From: Candidatus Metalachnospira sp.
GTDB lineage: Bacteria > Bacillota > Clostridia > Lachnospirales > Anaerotignaceae
Direction: 5' to 3'
NCBI GenBank assembly: GCA_040767305.1
Contig: JAXGOV010000010.1
Coordinates: 7,808 to 71,807, forward strand
Length of the DNA stretch: 64,000 nucleotides
This document shows positions 1-9,920 of this stretch, in pieces. The notes under the pieces are model-generated. The model saw nothing but the letters and a program-made list of their open reading frames with translations, was not told the origin of the DNA and did not search any database. The number at the start of each line of letters is the position of its first letter. Position 1 is the first letter of the stretch. The translations under genes were made by a program, and so were the position numbers.

Positions 1-83
1 AATTAACTCAACATGTCATATATTTGACATACTTTAATGAAATTTTGCCATCAATTATTTATTAAGAGTAAGGAGTGTTATTT

Positions 84-1277
84 ATGAATTCTGATTATAA
101 GGGATTTGGTACAAAAGCAATACACGCAGGAAATCTTGAGAGAGAGACATTTGGTTCTCTTGCAACACCTATTTACCAGAGCTCAACATATTATTTTGAT
201 TCATGCGAACAAGGCGGAAGAAGATTTGCAGGAGAAGAGAGCGGCTTCATCTATACAAGACTTGGAAATCCCACATCTTCGGTTCTTGAAGAAAAGGTTG
301 CCGCACTTGAAGGTGGCGAAGCTGCTATTGCAACTGCATCAGGCATGGGTGCAATTTCATCAGCTTTATGGTCGATTGCCAAAGCAGGTGCACATATCAT
401 AGCTGACAGTACACTTTACGGCTGTACATTTGCACTTCTTAACCATGGACTTCCTCGTTATGGTGTTGAGGTTACATTTATTAATACATCAGATCTTGAT
501 GAAGTAAAAGCAAACTTAAAGGAAAATACAGTAGCTATTTATCTTGAAACACCTGCAAATCCTAATCTTAAGATTGCAGATATATCAGCTATTGCAAATC
601 TTGCTCATGGCTACAATAAGGACATTAAAGTAGTATGTGATAATACATTTGCTACACCTTATCTTCAGAGACCGCTTGAGCTTGGTGCAGATGTTGTTGT
701 TCATTCAGCAACTAAATACCTCAATGGTCACGGAGACGTTATAGCCGGATTTGTAATTGGCAAAGCAGATTTTATTTCAGAAGTAAGACTGTTTGGTGTT
801 AAGGATATGACAGGTGCGGTTCTTGATCCATTCGCAGCATTCCTTATTTTAAGAGGACTTAAGACATTTGAAATCAGAATGATGCGTCATTGTGAAAATG
901 CAAGAGCTGTTGCCGAGCTTCTTGAAAAGAGCGATAAGGTATCAAAGGTATACTATCCCGGTCTTGAATCATTTGAAAACCATGATGTTGCCGTTAAACA
1001 GATGAAGGACTTCGGAGGAATGCTTTCATTCGAGGTAAAAGGCGGAAAAGCAGCCGGAATTAAATTTGTTAATGCACTTAAGCTTTGTACAATAGCTGTA
1101 AGCCTTGGAGATGCCGAAACACTCGTTGAGCATCCTGCAAGCATGACACATTCACCTTATACACCGGAAGAACTTAAAGAAGCAGGTATTCCTGAAGGTC
1201 TTGTAAGATTATCATGTGGTCTTGAAAACAAAGAAGATATATTGGCAGATGTTGAACAGGCATTGGCACAGATTTAA
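84..1277 (+). CDS. megL: Methionine gamma-lyase (PLP-dependent, Cys/Met metabolism family)
   Basis: Motifs YTRLGNPT, LYGCT (Tyr-Gly-Cys typical of MGL), HSATKYLNGHGD (PLP lysine) and AVSLGDAETL; RBS AAGGAG before ATG at 84. Confidence 0.9.
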   Translation: MNSDYKGFGTKAIHAGNLERETFGSLATPIYQSSTYYFDSCEQGGRRFAGEESGFIYTRLGNPTSSVLEEKVAALEGGEAAIATASGMGAISSALWSIAKAGAHIIADSTLYGCTFALLNHGLPRYGVEVTFINTSDLDEVKANLKENTVAIYLETPANPNLKIADISAIANLAHGYNKDIKVVCDNTFATPYLQRPLELGADVVVHSATKYLNGHGDVIAGFVIGKADFISEVRLFGVKDMTGAVLDPFAAFLILRGLKTFEIRMMRHCENARAVAELLEKSDKVSKVYYPGLESFENHDVAVKQMKDFGGMLSFEVKGGKAAGIKFVNALKLCTIAVSLGDAETLVEHPASMTHSPYTPEELKEAGIPEGLVRLSCGLENKEDILADVEQALAQI

Positions 1278-1312
1278 TGTTATATTATATATAACTTTAA
1301 AACCCCACATAT

Positions 1313-1355
1313 AAAAAAGAAGCGGTAAGTGTAATAGCTTACCGCTTTCTTTTTT
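1313..1355. terminator. Bidirectional intrinsic terminator
   Basis: AAGCGGTAAG / CTTACCGCTT stem flanked by A and T runs, between convergent genes. Confidence 0.85.
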
Positions 1356-1360
1356 AGGCA

Positions 1361-1594
1361 CTAATCAGCCCAAAGCTTATTGACTTTTTCGTTTATTCGT
1401 TTGCGGCGTTCCTCTTCTTCGGGTTTTAGTTCAGTGAAACCAACTTCATAAATATTTCCTTCACGAGCACCGCTTGGAAGTATTGAAGAGGGTATGTTAA
1501 GCATATTTTTATCTTCGGTTTCGCAGACCGCAAATTCACCCTCAAATCTATCAATCGTAATTCTCATTGTTTTCGTATTTTTTGTAATTCTCAT
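1361..1594 (-). CDS. DUF3006 family small protein
   Basis: IDRFEGEFAVCE...LPSGAREG pattern; usual partner downstream of ComEC-like MBL genes; RBS GGAGTG. Confidence 0.8.
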   Translation of the reverse strand: MRITKNTKTMRITIDRFEGEFAVCETEDKNMLNIPSSILPSGAREGNIYEVGFTELKPEEEERRKRINEKVNKLWAD

Positions 1595-1650
1595 TTACAT
1601 CACTCCAATTTTTAAAAGGCTTAAGGTATGGGACATAAATTCTCAGAATA

Positions 1651-2586
1651 CTATGCAAAGCAGACACGAAGCTCTCCGTCTGCACCCACCGTTGGCTTTA
1701 CAATAGAAACGTCACTTCCGTCAGAGCTTATTACAATTGTTCCAAGCTCATCTGTTCTAAGCACGTTAATACCTTTGTCAGTAAGCTTTTTAACTGTACT
1801 GTCTGCCGGGTGACCGTATTTGTTGTCTTTACCGCAGCTTATAACGGCAATTGACGGATTGACTTTAGCAAGGAATTCATCAGTGGTTGAAGAATCACTG
1901 CCGTGGTGTCCTACTTTAAGAACATCAGCTTGAATATCATCTGTTATTTCTGCTTCCGAAACATCTTCTGCATCGCCTGCAAATAAGAATGATGTATCGC
2001 CGTAAACAACTCTAATTACAGCTGAGTAATTGTTAATATCATCATATTTGTCAGATACAGGAGCAACCATTTCTACAGAAAGATCATCTTCGTCAATAAG
2101 CGAAACGCCTGCATGTGCCGTAAAAATAACAAGGTTTTTTGCAGAGATGGCGTCAAGCAAATCTTCGTATGTTTGTGTAGTGGCAGAAACCCTAGGCATG
2201 TAAATGTCACCGATATCAAAAGCGTCTATAACGTCATCCATTCCGCCTATGTGGTCCTCGTGGGGATGGGTAGCGACAACATAATCAATTGAAGTGTAGC
2301 CAAGTGATTTTATGTAGTCAACAACATTGCTTCCGGCATCGTTGGGGCCTGCATCAATGAGCATTGTTTTGCCGTTGGGAAGCTCAATAAATTCAGAATC
2401 ACCCTGTCCGACATAAATATAGCTTACCTGCATCTTTGAGGTATCTTGGGTTTGTTCAGCCTCATTTTCCGCTTGTGTATTTGTTGTGCTTTGTGTGTTG
2501 TTAAATGTTGCCGATGTTGACGAGCACGCAGTCAGCGCTGTCGCCGCAATCAGTGAAACAACCGATAAAATTTTGAACTTCTTCAT
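1651..2586 (-). CDS. ComEC/Rec2-like metallo-beta-lactamase-fold lipoprotein (putative nuclease/hydrolase)
   Basis: VGQGD, LIDAG, THPHEDHIGG, GDAE, KVGHHGS and YGHP motifs; signal peptide with lipobox LTAC; start moved to ATG 2586. Confidence 0.85.
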   Translation of the reverse strand: MKKFKILSVVSLIAATALTACSSTSATFNNTQSTTNTQAENEAEQTQDTSKMQVSYIYVGQGDSEFIELPNGKTMLIDAGPNDAGSNVVDYIKSLGYTSIDYVVATHPHEDHIGGMDDVIDAFDIGDIYMPRVSATTQTYEDLLDAISAKNLVIFTAHAGVSLIDEDDLSVEMVAPVSDKYDDINNYSAVIRVVYGDTSFLFAGDAEDVSEAEITDDIQADVLKVGHHGSDSSTTDEFLAKVNPSIAVISCGKDNKYGHPADSTVKKLTDKGINVLRTDELGTIVISSDGSDVSIVKPTVGADGELRVCFA

Positions 2587-2602
2587 TTTAACTTTCCCCC
2601 AG

Positions 2603-2974
2603 TTATTTATTAAGAATTTCTTTGATATTCGGGAAATAAACCCGTTTGCCTTCTTCGGACATAATTTGTCCTCCGATTTTTGATATACATTCAAGTACAG
2701 GAAGAAACTGCATACCTTTTTCTGAAAGTGAATATTCCACTCTGGGCGGATTTTCGTTAAAATCCGTACGGCTTATTATTTCGCTTTGCTCAAGATGCTG
2801 CAGTGTTCTTGTTAAAGAGGTATTTGTAATCATCGGGTAAATTTTCTTTATCTGTCCGTATCTTATTTGAGGATACTCTTTTATAAGCCATATTAAAGCC
2901 ATTTCCCAACGTCCGCCTATCATATCCATTGTGTAAACAATAGGGCAGTGATTGAGTATATTGCTGTAATCCAT
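2603..2974 (-). CDS. HxlR/DUF24 family winged-helix transcriptional regulator
   Basis: N-terminal CP, GGRW and PPRVEYSLSEKG motifs; RBS AGGAGG before ATG 2974. Confidence 0.9.
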   Translation of the reverse strand: MDYSNILNHCPIVYTMDMIGGRWEMALIWLIKEYPQIRYGQIKKIYPMITNTSLTRTLQHLEQSEIISRTDFNENPPRVEYSLSEKGMQFLPVLECISKIGGQIMSEEGKRVYFPNIKEILNK

Positions 2975-2991
2975 ATTGACCTCCTTAAAAG

Positions 2992-3049
2992 GCACAAAAT
3001 TGTGCGTACTTGAATTTTAAAACCAGCTTTAATATACTATAATAAGTAT
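2992..3049 (+). promoter_or_regulatory. SigA-type promoter of the flavoenzyme gene with two palindromic candidate HxlR operators
   Basis: TTGAAT(3010-3015)-N17-TATACT(3033-3038); palindromes GCACAAAATTGTGC (2992-3005) and ATACT-N6-AGTAT (3034-3049). Confidence 0.55.
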
Positions 3050-3102
3050 TAATTGTAAAGCAATGCAGATAATGGGCAGTATAAGCAAAGGAGGAAGATA
3101 TT

Positions 3103-5100
3103 ATGGATTTAATTTCTGCAACACCATGTAAAATTAACAATATGGAACTGAAAAACAGGATAATAATGCTTGTAATGCACACCGGTTTTTCGCTTGGCGG
3201 AAAGCTTACAGAGCAGGATTATGCTTTTTTTGAACAAAGGGCAAAGGGCGGAGCGGCTGCCATAACTCAGGTATGCGGTGTCAGCAATGAGGGCACAGCG
3301 AACGGAATGCCCAATGTTGTTGAGCCTTCATTCCTTGATGAGGAGAAAAAGATAACCGATATGATTCACAGCAATGACTGCAAGCATATTGTACAGCTTT
3401 TTCATAGAGGGCGTAATAGCGAAAGCGATTACGGTCTTAAGGCTGTTGCTCCTTCAAATGTCCCGTCAGTTATATATAGAAACGAATGTGAAGTAATGAC
3501 AAAGGAAAAAATAGAGCAGACAATAAAGGATTTTGCTGACGCAGCTCTCAAGTGCAAAGAAATAGGTGTTGATGCGGTTGAAATAAGCTGTTCGGCAGGC
3601 TATCTTCTCAGTTTGTTCCTTTCACCTTTAACAAACCTTAGGGACGATGAATACGGTGGAGATGATGAACGTCGCATGAAAATGCCGCTTGATACTTTAA
3701 GAGCGGTAAGAAATGCGGTAGGCAAAGAATATCCTGTGATTGTTCGTATAGCCGGCTCACAGATGATGCCTGGCGGCTATGGCATAGATTATATGCAGAA
3801 ATTCTGTGAAATTGCTGATAAAGAGGGACTTATTGATGCGGTAAATGTAACAGGCGGCTGGCATGAAGCACCGGTTCCGCAGATTTCATATCAGCTGCCG
3901 GCAGGAGGATTTGCTTATCTCGCAGATGCAGTTAAAAGAGCAGTTTCTGTTCCGGTAATCGCATGCAACAGAATTAATAATATAGATACAATTGAGTCCA
4001 TTTTAAGCAATGGCATGGCTGATTTTGTTGGAACTGCAAGAGGTTTTCTGGCTGATCCGGCTTTTGCACAAAAGGTGCTCAACGGAATTCCGTATAATCG
4101 CTGTCAGGGCTGCAACAAGTGTATCGAAGCAGTTCTTAAGGGCAAACCCGTGTTATGCGCATATAATCCGGAAGCCGGCAGAGAGGCGGAAGAGAAAAAA
4201 CACAGACGAGTTATTTCGGCAAAGAAAATTCTGATTGCGGGTGCAGGTCCCGCAGGGCTTGAGGCCGCTGAGAGATCAGCACATCGAGGTTACAAGACAA
4301 TATTATGCACAAAGGACGACAAGCTCGGCGGAATGTTAAATTCTGCAGCAATTCCTCCTGAAAAACAGGATTTGATTAAGTTTGTAGAAAACAAAAAGTA
4401 TGTACTTGAACAGCTTGGTGTTGAAATAAGATATAACACAGAGGTAAACGGCGATTTAATCAGAGAAATATCACCATATTTTGTAGTAGATGCAACAGGA
4501 AGCACTGAAATTATTCCTCCGATAAAGGGAATTGATAATGACTCGGTACACATGGCTCTTGATGTGCTCAATTGTGACGAGAAGCTTTTGGCTAAGCTTA
4601 AGAAAGGCAATACTGTTATTATCGGCGGAGGCACGGTCGGACTTGAAACAGCAATGTTTATTGCAGAAAGCCGATTTGCTACGGAAAAGTCAAAGACCTT
4701 CAACACAATGTTTATTGGAAAGGATATTCCTATGGTGGATACTCCCGTATCACTCACCGTAGTTGAAATGACAAAGAAGATAGGCAAGGATCTGGGCGGA
4801 CTTAAATGGATTGTTATGAAGCAGGTTAAGGCAGACGGAATTAAAACTATGGCTGAAACAACAGTGAAGGAAATCTGTGACGGCTATATTCTTGCGGATA
4901 CTCCTGACGGTGAGGTTAAAATACCTGCCGATAATGTAATAGTTGCCGCAGGCTTTACTCCGGCTGATAACGAAATACCTCTTGCCTGCCTTGATGAGAA
5001 AATATCCTATTCAAGGGTTGGTGACTGCGAAGCAGTAGGTGATGCAATGAAGGGAATACATCAGGCATATGATGTGTTTATGAGATTATTCATTGCTTAA
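3103..5100 (+). CDS. FadH-like (2,4-dienoyl-CoA reductase type) NADH:flavin oxidoreductase, OYE barrel + 4Fe-4S + FAD/NAD domains
   Basis: MHTG, SAGYLL, GGWHEA, CQGCNKC-x11-C cluster motif, GAGPAG and GGGTVG dinucleotide motifs. Confidence 0.85.
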   Translation: MDLISATPCKINNMELKNRIIMLVMHTGFSLGGKLTEQDYAFFEQRAKGGAAAITQVCGVSNEGTANGMPNVVEPSFLDEEKKITDMIHSNDCKHIVQLFHRGRNSESDYGLKAVAPSNVPSVIYRNECEVMTKEKIEQTIKDFADAALKCKEIGVDAVEISCSAGYLLSLFLSPLTNLRDDEYGGDDERRMKMPLDTLRAVRNAVGKEYPVIVRIAGSQMMPGGYGIDYMQKFCEIADKEGLIDAVNVTGGWHEAPVPQISYQLPAGGFAYLADAVKRAVSVPVIACNRINNIDTIESILSNGMADFVGTARGFLADPAFAQKVLNGIPYNRCQGCNKCIEAVLKGKPVLCAYNPEAGREAEEKKHRRVISAKKILIAGAGPAGLEAAERSAHRGYKTILCTKDDKLGGMLNSAAIPPEKQDLIKFVENKKYVLEQLGVEIRYNTEVNGDLIREISPYFVVDATGSTEIIPPIKGIDNDSVHMALDVLNCDEKLLAKLKKGNTVIIGGGTVGLETAMFIAESRFATEKSKTFNTMFIGKDIPMVDTPVSLTVVEMTKKIGKDLGGLKWIVMKQVKADGIKTMAETTVKEICDGYILADTPDGEVKIPADNVIVAAGFTPADNEIPLACLDEKISYSRVGDCEAVGDAMKGIHQAYDVFMRLFIA

Positions 5101-5162
5101 CGGGTAATATTAAAAAGTATGTTTGAATAGTATTAGTCATAACAGAAACCGGAGATAGTGAT

Positions 5163-5762
5163 ATGAATATTATCGAAGTATTGACTAATATGGTAGTTTC
5201 ATTCGGATATATTGGGATTTTTGTCGCAACCTCACTGGAGTATGGGTGTTTTCCTGTATCCAGTGAGGTTTTGTTGCCTTTTATAGGGTATTTTGTATGC
5301 AAAGGCAATATGAACCTTTTGGGAGCAATAACCGTCAGCACTGTCGGGGGCATATTAGGCAGCTTATTCTGCTACTGCTTTGGACGTTTTGGCAAAAATT
5401 TTATAGAAAATACGCTGTGCCGTAAATTTAAAACAATCAGTATCGGTCTTGATAACGCAGACAGAATTTTTCTGAAATACGGCAGGCAATCGGTGCTTAT
5501 TGCAAGAGTGTTTCCGATTGCAAGAACATACATATCCATACCTGCCGGTCTTGCGGCCATGAATGTAAAAATATTTGTAATATATACCGCTATTGGTGCA
5601 TTTTTATGGAATACTGCACTTATTTCGGCAGGATATTTCCTTGGCAGCTATTGGGTAAATGCCGAAGATATTTTACGAGACAGACATATTTTATTTTGTA
5701 TAATAACTGCCGTATTAAGTATAATTTTGGTTAAAATCTCATCAAAAAAAGGAAAAAATTAA
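5163..5762 (+). CDS. DedA family membrane protein
   Basis: LEY..PVSSEV.LPF.G and ARVFPIARTYISIPAG motifs; hydrophobic segments. Confidence 0.9.
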   Translation: MNIIEVLTNMVVSFGYIGIFVATSLEYGCFPVSSEVLLPFIGYFVCKGNMNLLGAITVSTVGGILGSLFCYCFGRFGKNFIENTLCRKFKTISIGLDNADRIFLKYGRQSVLIARVFPIARTYISIPAGLAAMNVKIFVIYTAIGAFLWNTALISAGYFLGSYWVNAEDILRDRHILFCIITAVLSIILVKISSKKGKN

Positions 5763-5858
5763 AAATTTTTATCAATTTTTATACGCTATTTTATTTTATT
5801 AGAAAATGTAGTATAATTAGCTTCGTATATTTTTATACAAATATAGGAGGCGTTCCAA

Positions 5859-6635
5859 ATGGACAAACTGAATAAGTTAAGAGAGTATATCTCTAAATTT
5901 GATAAGCTTTGTGTTGCATATTCCGGAGGTGTTGATTCCGACCTTGTTATGAACATAGCTTATGATGTCTTGAAGGATAATGCTATAGCTGTCATAGGAG
6001 ACGGCATCATGCTTTCAAGAAAAGACTTGGATGACGCTGAACGACTTGCCAAGAAGGCAGGAATAAAATATTACATTATTAAAGCAGATGCATTCGCTGT
6101 TAAGGAATTTAAGTTTAATGACAGAAGAAGATGCTATTACTGCAAGAAAAATATAATGGGCGGAGTAATTGCCAAAGCAAAAGAGCTTGGTTTTGATACT
6201 GTTGCAGATGGGAAAAATGCCGATGACGGAAAAGTATACCGTCCCGGTGCACAGGCCGCAGATGAGCTTGGACTTGTCAGTCCTCTTTATGCAGTAGGTA
6301 TGACTAAGGCTGATATACGTGAAGCCGCAAAAGAGCTTGGACTTGAAACTTGGAACAAAGCATCTAATTCATGTCTTGCAACAAGATTTCCGTATGATAC
6401 CGAGCTTACCGAAGAGAACTTTAAAAAAGTCGAGAATGCCGAGCTTCTTATTTCCAAGAAGGGAATTCCAAGCGGCAGAGTAAGACTTCACGGGGATATT
6501 GCCAGAATAGAAATTCCAAAGGATAGATTTGGAGAGTTTATGGCAGATGAAGGTCTTATTGATGATATCAAGAAAATAGGTTTCCGTTATGTTACCCTTG
6601 ACCTTGAGGGCTTTAGAAGCGGAAGCATGGACTGA
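5859..6635 (+). CDS. larE: LarE, ATP-dependent sulfur transferase for nickel-pincer nucleotide synthesis
   Basis: PP-loop SGGVDS, RCYYCK, SCLATRFPY, RVRLHG and TLDLEGFRSGSM. Confidence 0.92.
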   Translation: MDKLNKLREYISKFDKLCVAYSGGVDSDLVMNIAYDVLKDNAIAVIGDGIMLSRKDLDDAERLAKKAGIKYYIIKADAFAVKEFKFNDRRRCYYCKKNIMGGVIAKAKELGFDTVADGKNADDGKVYRPGAQAADELGLVSPLYAVGMTKADIREAAKELGLETWNKASNSCLATRFPYDTELTEENFKKVENAELLISKKGIPSGRVRLHGDIARIEIPKDRFGEFMADEGLIDDIKKIGFRYVTLDLEGFRSGSMD

Positions 6636-6650
6636 CATACGGAGGTTATT

Positions 6651-7403
6651 ATGAACACAAAAGAAATACTTACAAAGCTGCAGAATAAAGAAATTTCTGT
6701 AGATGATGCAGAAAAAATGCTAAAGCTTGCACCAACAAAAGATTTGGGCTATGCGGTTATTGACCATCAAAGGGAAATGAGAAACGGATGCCCTGAGGTT
6801 ATATATGCTATTGGCAAAACAAAAGAGCAAACATTGGGTATAATAAATAATATGCTTGAAAATGGTACTAAGAACATTCTTGCTACAAGAGTCGATGATG
6901 AAAAGTACGAATATATATTTAAGGAAATACCTGACGTAAAATATAATAGAGATGCAAAAACGCTTATTGTAGAAAGAGAGCCTATGCCTAAAACAGGCGG
7001 GATAATACTTGTTGCAACCGGAGGTACTTCTGATATACCTGTTGCAGAGGAAGCTGCAGTAACGGCAGAATTTTTGGGCAATACAGTGGACAGGCTTTAT
7101 GATGTCGGTGTTGCAGGCCTTCATAGACTTCTTTCAAGAATTGACAGAGTGGAGGCGGCTGATGTAATTATTGCCGTTGCAGGTATGGAGGGAGCTCTTG
7201 CGACCGTTATCGGCGGGCTTACGGACAAGCCTGTCATTGCAGTTCCTACATCTGTTGGATACGGAGCAAACTTTAACGGACTCTCATCGCTTTTATGTAT
7301 GCTTAACAGCTGTGCGAGCGGAGTGGTTGTAGTTAATATAGATAACGGTTTTGGTGCGGGATATACCGCAAACAGTATTAATAAATTGGGGGCCTCAAGA
7401 TGA
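6651..7403 (+). CDS. larB: LarB, NaAD carboxylase/hydrolase (PurE-like)
   Basis: GTSDIPVAEEA, DVGVAGLHRL, AGMEGAL, PTSVGYG, MLNSC and NIDNGFGA. Confidence 0.93.
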   Translation: MNTKEILTKLQNKEISVDDAEKMLKLAPTKDLGYAVIDHQREMRNGCPEVIYAIGKTKEQTLGIINNMLENGTKNILATRVDDEKYEYIFKEIPDVKYNRDAKTLIVEREPMPKTGGIILVATGGTSDIPVAEEAAVTAEFLGNTVDRLYDVGVAGLHRLLSRIDRVEAADVIIAVAGMEGALATVIGGLTDKPVIAVPTSVGYGANFNGLSSLLCMLNSCASGVVVVNIDNGFGAGYTANSINKLGASR

Positions 7404-8747
7404 AAACACTTTATTTTGACTGTAGTTCGGGTATAAGCGGTGATATGACACTTGCAGCATTGCTTGACCTTGGAATAGATAAGGAAAAGTTTGTAGAAGA
7501 GCTTAGCAAACTTAATGTAGAAGGCTACGATATAGTATTTGGCAGAGATGTTAAAAATGGTATTGGAGCAAATAAGGTAGACGTAATTATAACAATTGAC
7601 GGCTATGATGCAGACGGTCATCCGATAATGCACCATGTACATGATGATGACAAGCATTGTGAGCACCATCATGAGCAAGAGCACGAAGATGAGCATGATC
7701 ACCACCATCATCATGACCATGACCACGAAGACGAGCATGATCACCACCATCATCATGATCACGACCACGAAGACGAGCATCATCACGACCACAGCCATCC
7801 ACATGTACATAGAAACCTAAGTGATGTGTTTTCTATTATAGATAACAGTGAAATAAAAGATACAGCAAAAGATCTTGCAAAAAGGATATTTATGCGTGTA
7901 GCAATGGCTGAGTCAAAGGTTCACAATGAGCCTCTTGATAAGGTGCATTTCCATGAGGTTGGTGCAATTGACTCAATTGTTGATATTATCGGAACAGCAA
8001 TTTGCATTGATATGCTTAAACCTGATAAAATCTATGCCTCAGTTGTTAATGACGGCTACGGCTTTATAATGTGCCAGCATGGACAGATTCCAGTGCCTGT
8101 TCCCGCAACAGCTCAGATTTTTGCCGACTCTAATGTTGTATCAAGACAAATAGATATAGATACTGAGCTTGTATTAACAGGTGCAAGAATTATTGCCGAG
8201 CTTGCAGAAAGCTACGGAATAATGCCGCCTATGAACGTAGAAAAGATTGGCTATGGGGCAGGAAAAAAAGGTTACCAAGATACCTAACATACTTCGAGTT
8301 TCTTTTGGGTGAATTAAGCGAAGAAACATCAGATGAAATAGTTGTGCTTGAAACTAACGTTGACGATGCCAGCGGAGAAATACTCGGATATACAATGGAC
8401 AGGCTTATTTCTTGCCGGTGCAAAAGATGTTTTTTATTCTCCGATTTTTATGAAGAAGAACAGACCGGCGTGTATAAGCTTACTGTGCCTGCGCCGAGGA
8501 TAATAGAGAAACGCTTGAGAACATTATTTTTGCGAAAACAACAACGATTGGCATTCGCAGAAGATACGAAACCAGGAGCTTGTCTTGGAGAGAAGCTTTG
8601 ATTCTATTGAAACAAAATACGGAAAACTTTGATGTAAAGAAGGTTTTTAAAAATGGGAAAGAAACTGTTTATCCCGAATTTGAATCGGCAAAAAAGCTTG
8701 CTGAGGAAAACAATGTACCGCTGAAGGAAATTTATAAGTTTAGCTGA
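7400..8747 (+). CDS. larC: LarC, CTP-dependent nickel insertase (several indels in the 3' half)
   Basis: [10 protein letters not shown], His-rich tract, [30 protein letters not shown], and C-terminal [10 protein letters not shown] in a shifted frame ending TGA 8745-8747. Confidence 0.88.
7682..7780 (+). repeat. 42-bp tandem repeat (2.3 copies) encoding [14 protein letters not shown] inside larC
   Basis: Units start at 7682, 7724 and 7766 (CACGAAGAYGAGCAT...). Confidence 0.9.
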
Positions 8748-8767
8748 ATTTAGCAAAGGGTGATACT

Positions 8768-9911
8768 TTGGACGAGAGAAGAGCGAGAAGACCACGAAAC
8801 AAAAGAAGAAGCAAACGTAATAAAGGCAGAAGAGTTAATTGAGGATTTTGGCAGTAATCGGAGCTGTGATTTTGATTGCAAGAAATTGTTATTGGTTTAT
8901 CCTATGCTAATGGGCGCACATTTTGCAGGCGCATTTTGTCCGAAACATCTCAAGAAGTAACGATAGATGTAACACAGCCAAGTTCTGATTCCATTGAAGT
9001 TGTTATACCTCAGGGAGCATCAACAAAGCAGATAGCTGAAATATTGAAAGAAAACGGGCTGATTAAAAGTGAGTTTTCGTTCAGATTAAAAAGCAAAATA
9101 AGCAGTGCTGACGGTTTATACAATTACGGTACCTTCTATCTTACTAAGGATATGACCACAGAACAGATTATAGCTGCTCTTCAAAAAACTTCTGCTGCTG
9201 AAACACAGAATAAAATAACTATTCCGGAAGGATACACAGTTAAGCAGATAGTTACCTTGGTTGATGAAAAGGGTATAGCAACCACTCAGGAATTTTTAGA
9301 TGAAATGAATAACGGAACATTCGATTATGATTTTCTTGAAGGAATTCCAAAGAGAGAGTATTATCTTGAAGGCTATTTGTTCCCTGATACCTATTATTTA
9401 AGCGGAAATGAAACTGCACATGATATTATAGTAATGATGCTTGACAGGTTTGAAGAGATGTACAATAAGAATATTAAGAGTTATGTTGCATCAACAGGAT
9501 ATACCTTGATCAGCTTGTTACCGTTGCTTCAATGGTTGAATCTGAGTCAATGCTTGACAGTGAGCGTCCTACAGTTGCAGGTGTTATTTATAATCGCCTG
9601 GATATTGATATACGCCTCCAGATTGATTCAACTGTACAATATGCACTTGATACAAAGAATGAAGTAGTTACGGAAAGTGACTTGTCTGTTGACTCCTTAC
9701 CGTATAATACTTATAAATATAAAGGACTGCCCGAAGGACCGATATGCAACCCCGGACTGGCGTCTTTGGAAGCCGCAGTTAAGCCTGAAAAGAATAATTA
9801 CTTCTCACATTATGTGCTTAAAGAAAGAGGTGGAAGTGAGCATACATTTGCAGAAAATTATCAGGACTTCCTGACTGCAAAGGTTACTATCAGGCTACAT
9901 TCAATAATTAG
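8768..9911 (+). CDS. mltG: Endolytic transglycosylase MltG (frameshifted in this sequence)
   Basis: Basic N-terminus then TM; ITIPEG, LEGYLFPDTY, VAGVIYNRL, LQIDSTVQY, PYNTY.YKGLPEGPICNPG spread over 3-4 frames. Confidence 0.85.
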
Positions 9912-9920
9912 GAGAAAAAA

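Noticed and set aside
30-52. Sigma-54 promoter for the methionine gamma-lyase gene
   Set aside because: TGGCA occurs only on the opposite strand and lacks the -12 TTGC
7682-7780. Tandem repeat as a CRISPR-like array
   Set aside because: Contiguous in-frame coding repeat with no spacers and no cas genes
7121-7820. Antisense and alternate-frame ORFs with Met/Val-rich or Thr/Met-rich repeats
   Set aside because: Shadows of the larC His-repeat codons
8255-8310. Programmed ribosomal frameshift in larC at the A7 run (larC1/larC2 precedent)
   Set aside because: Restoring the frame needs +1 rather than -1, further breaks follow within 40 nt and later, and neighbouring genes show the same damage; errors are the simpler explanation
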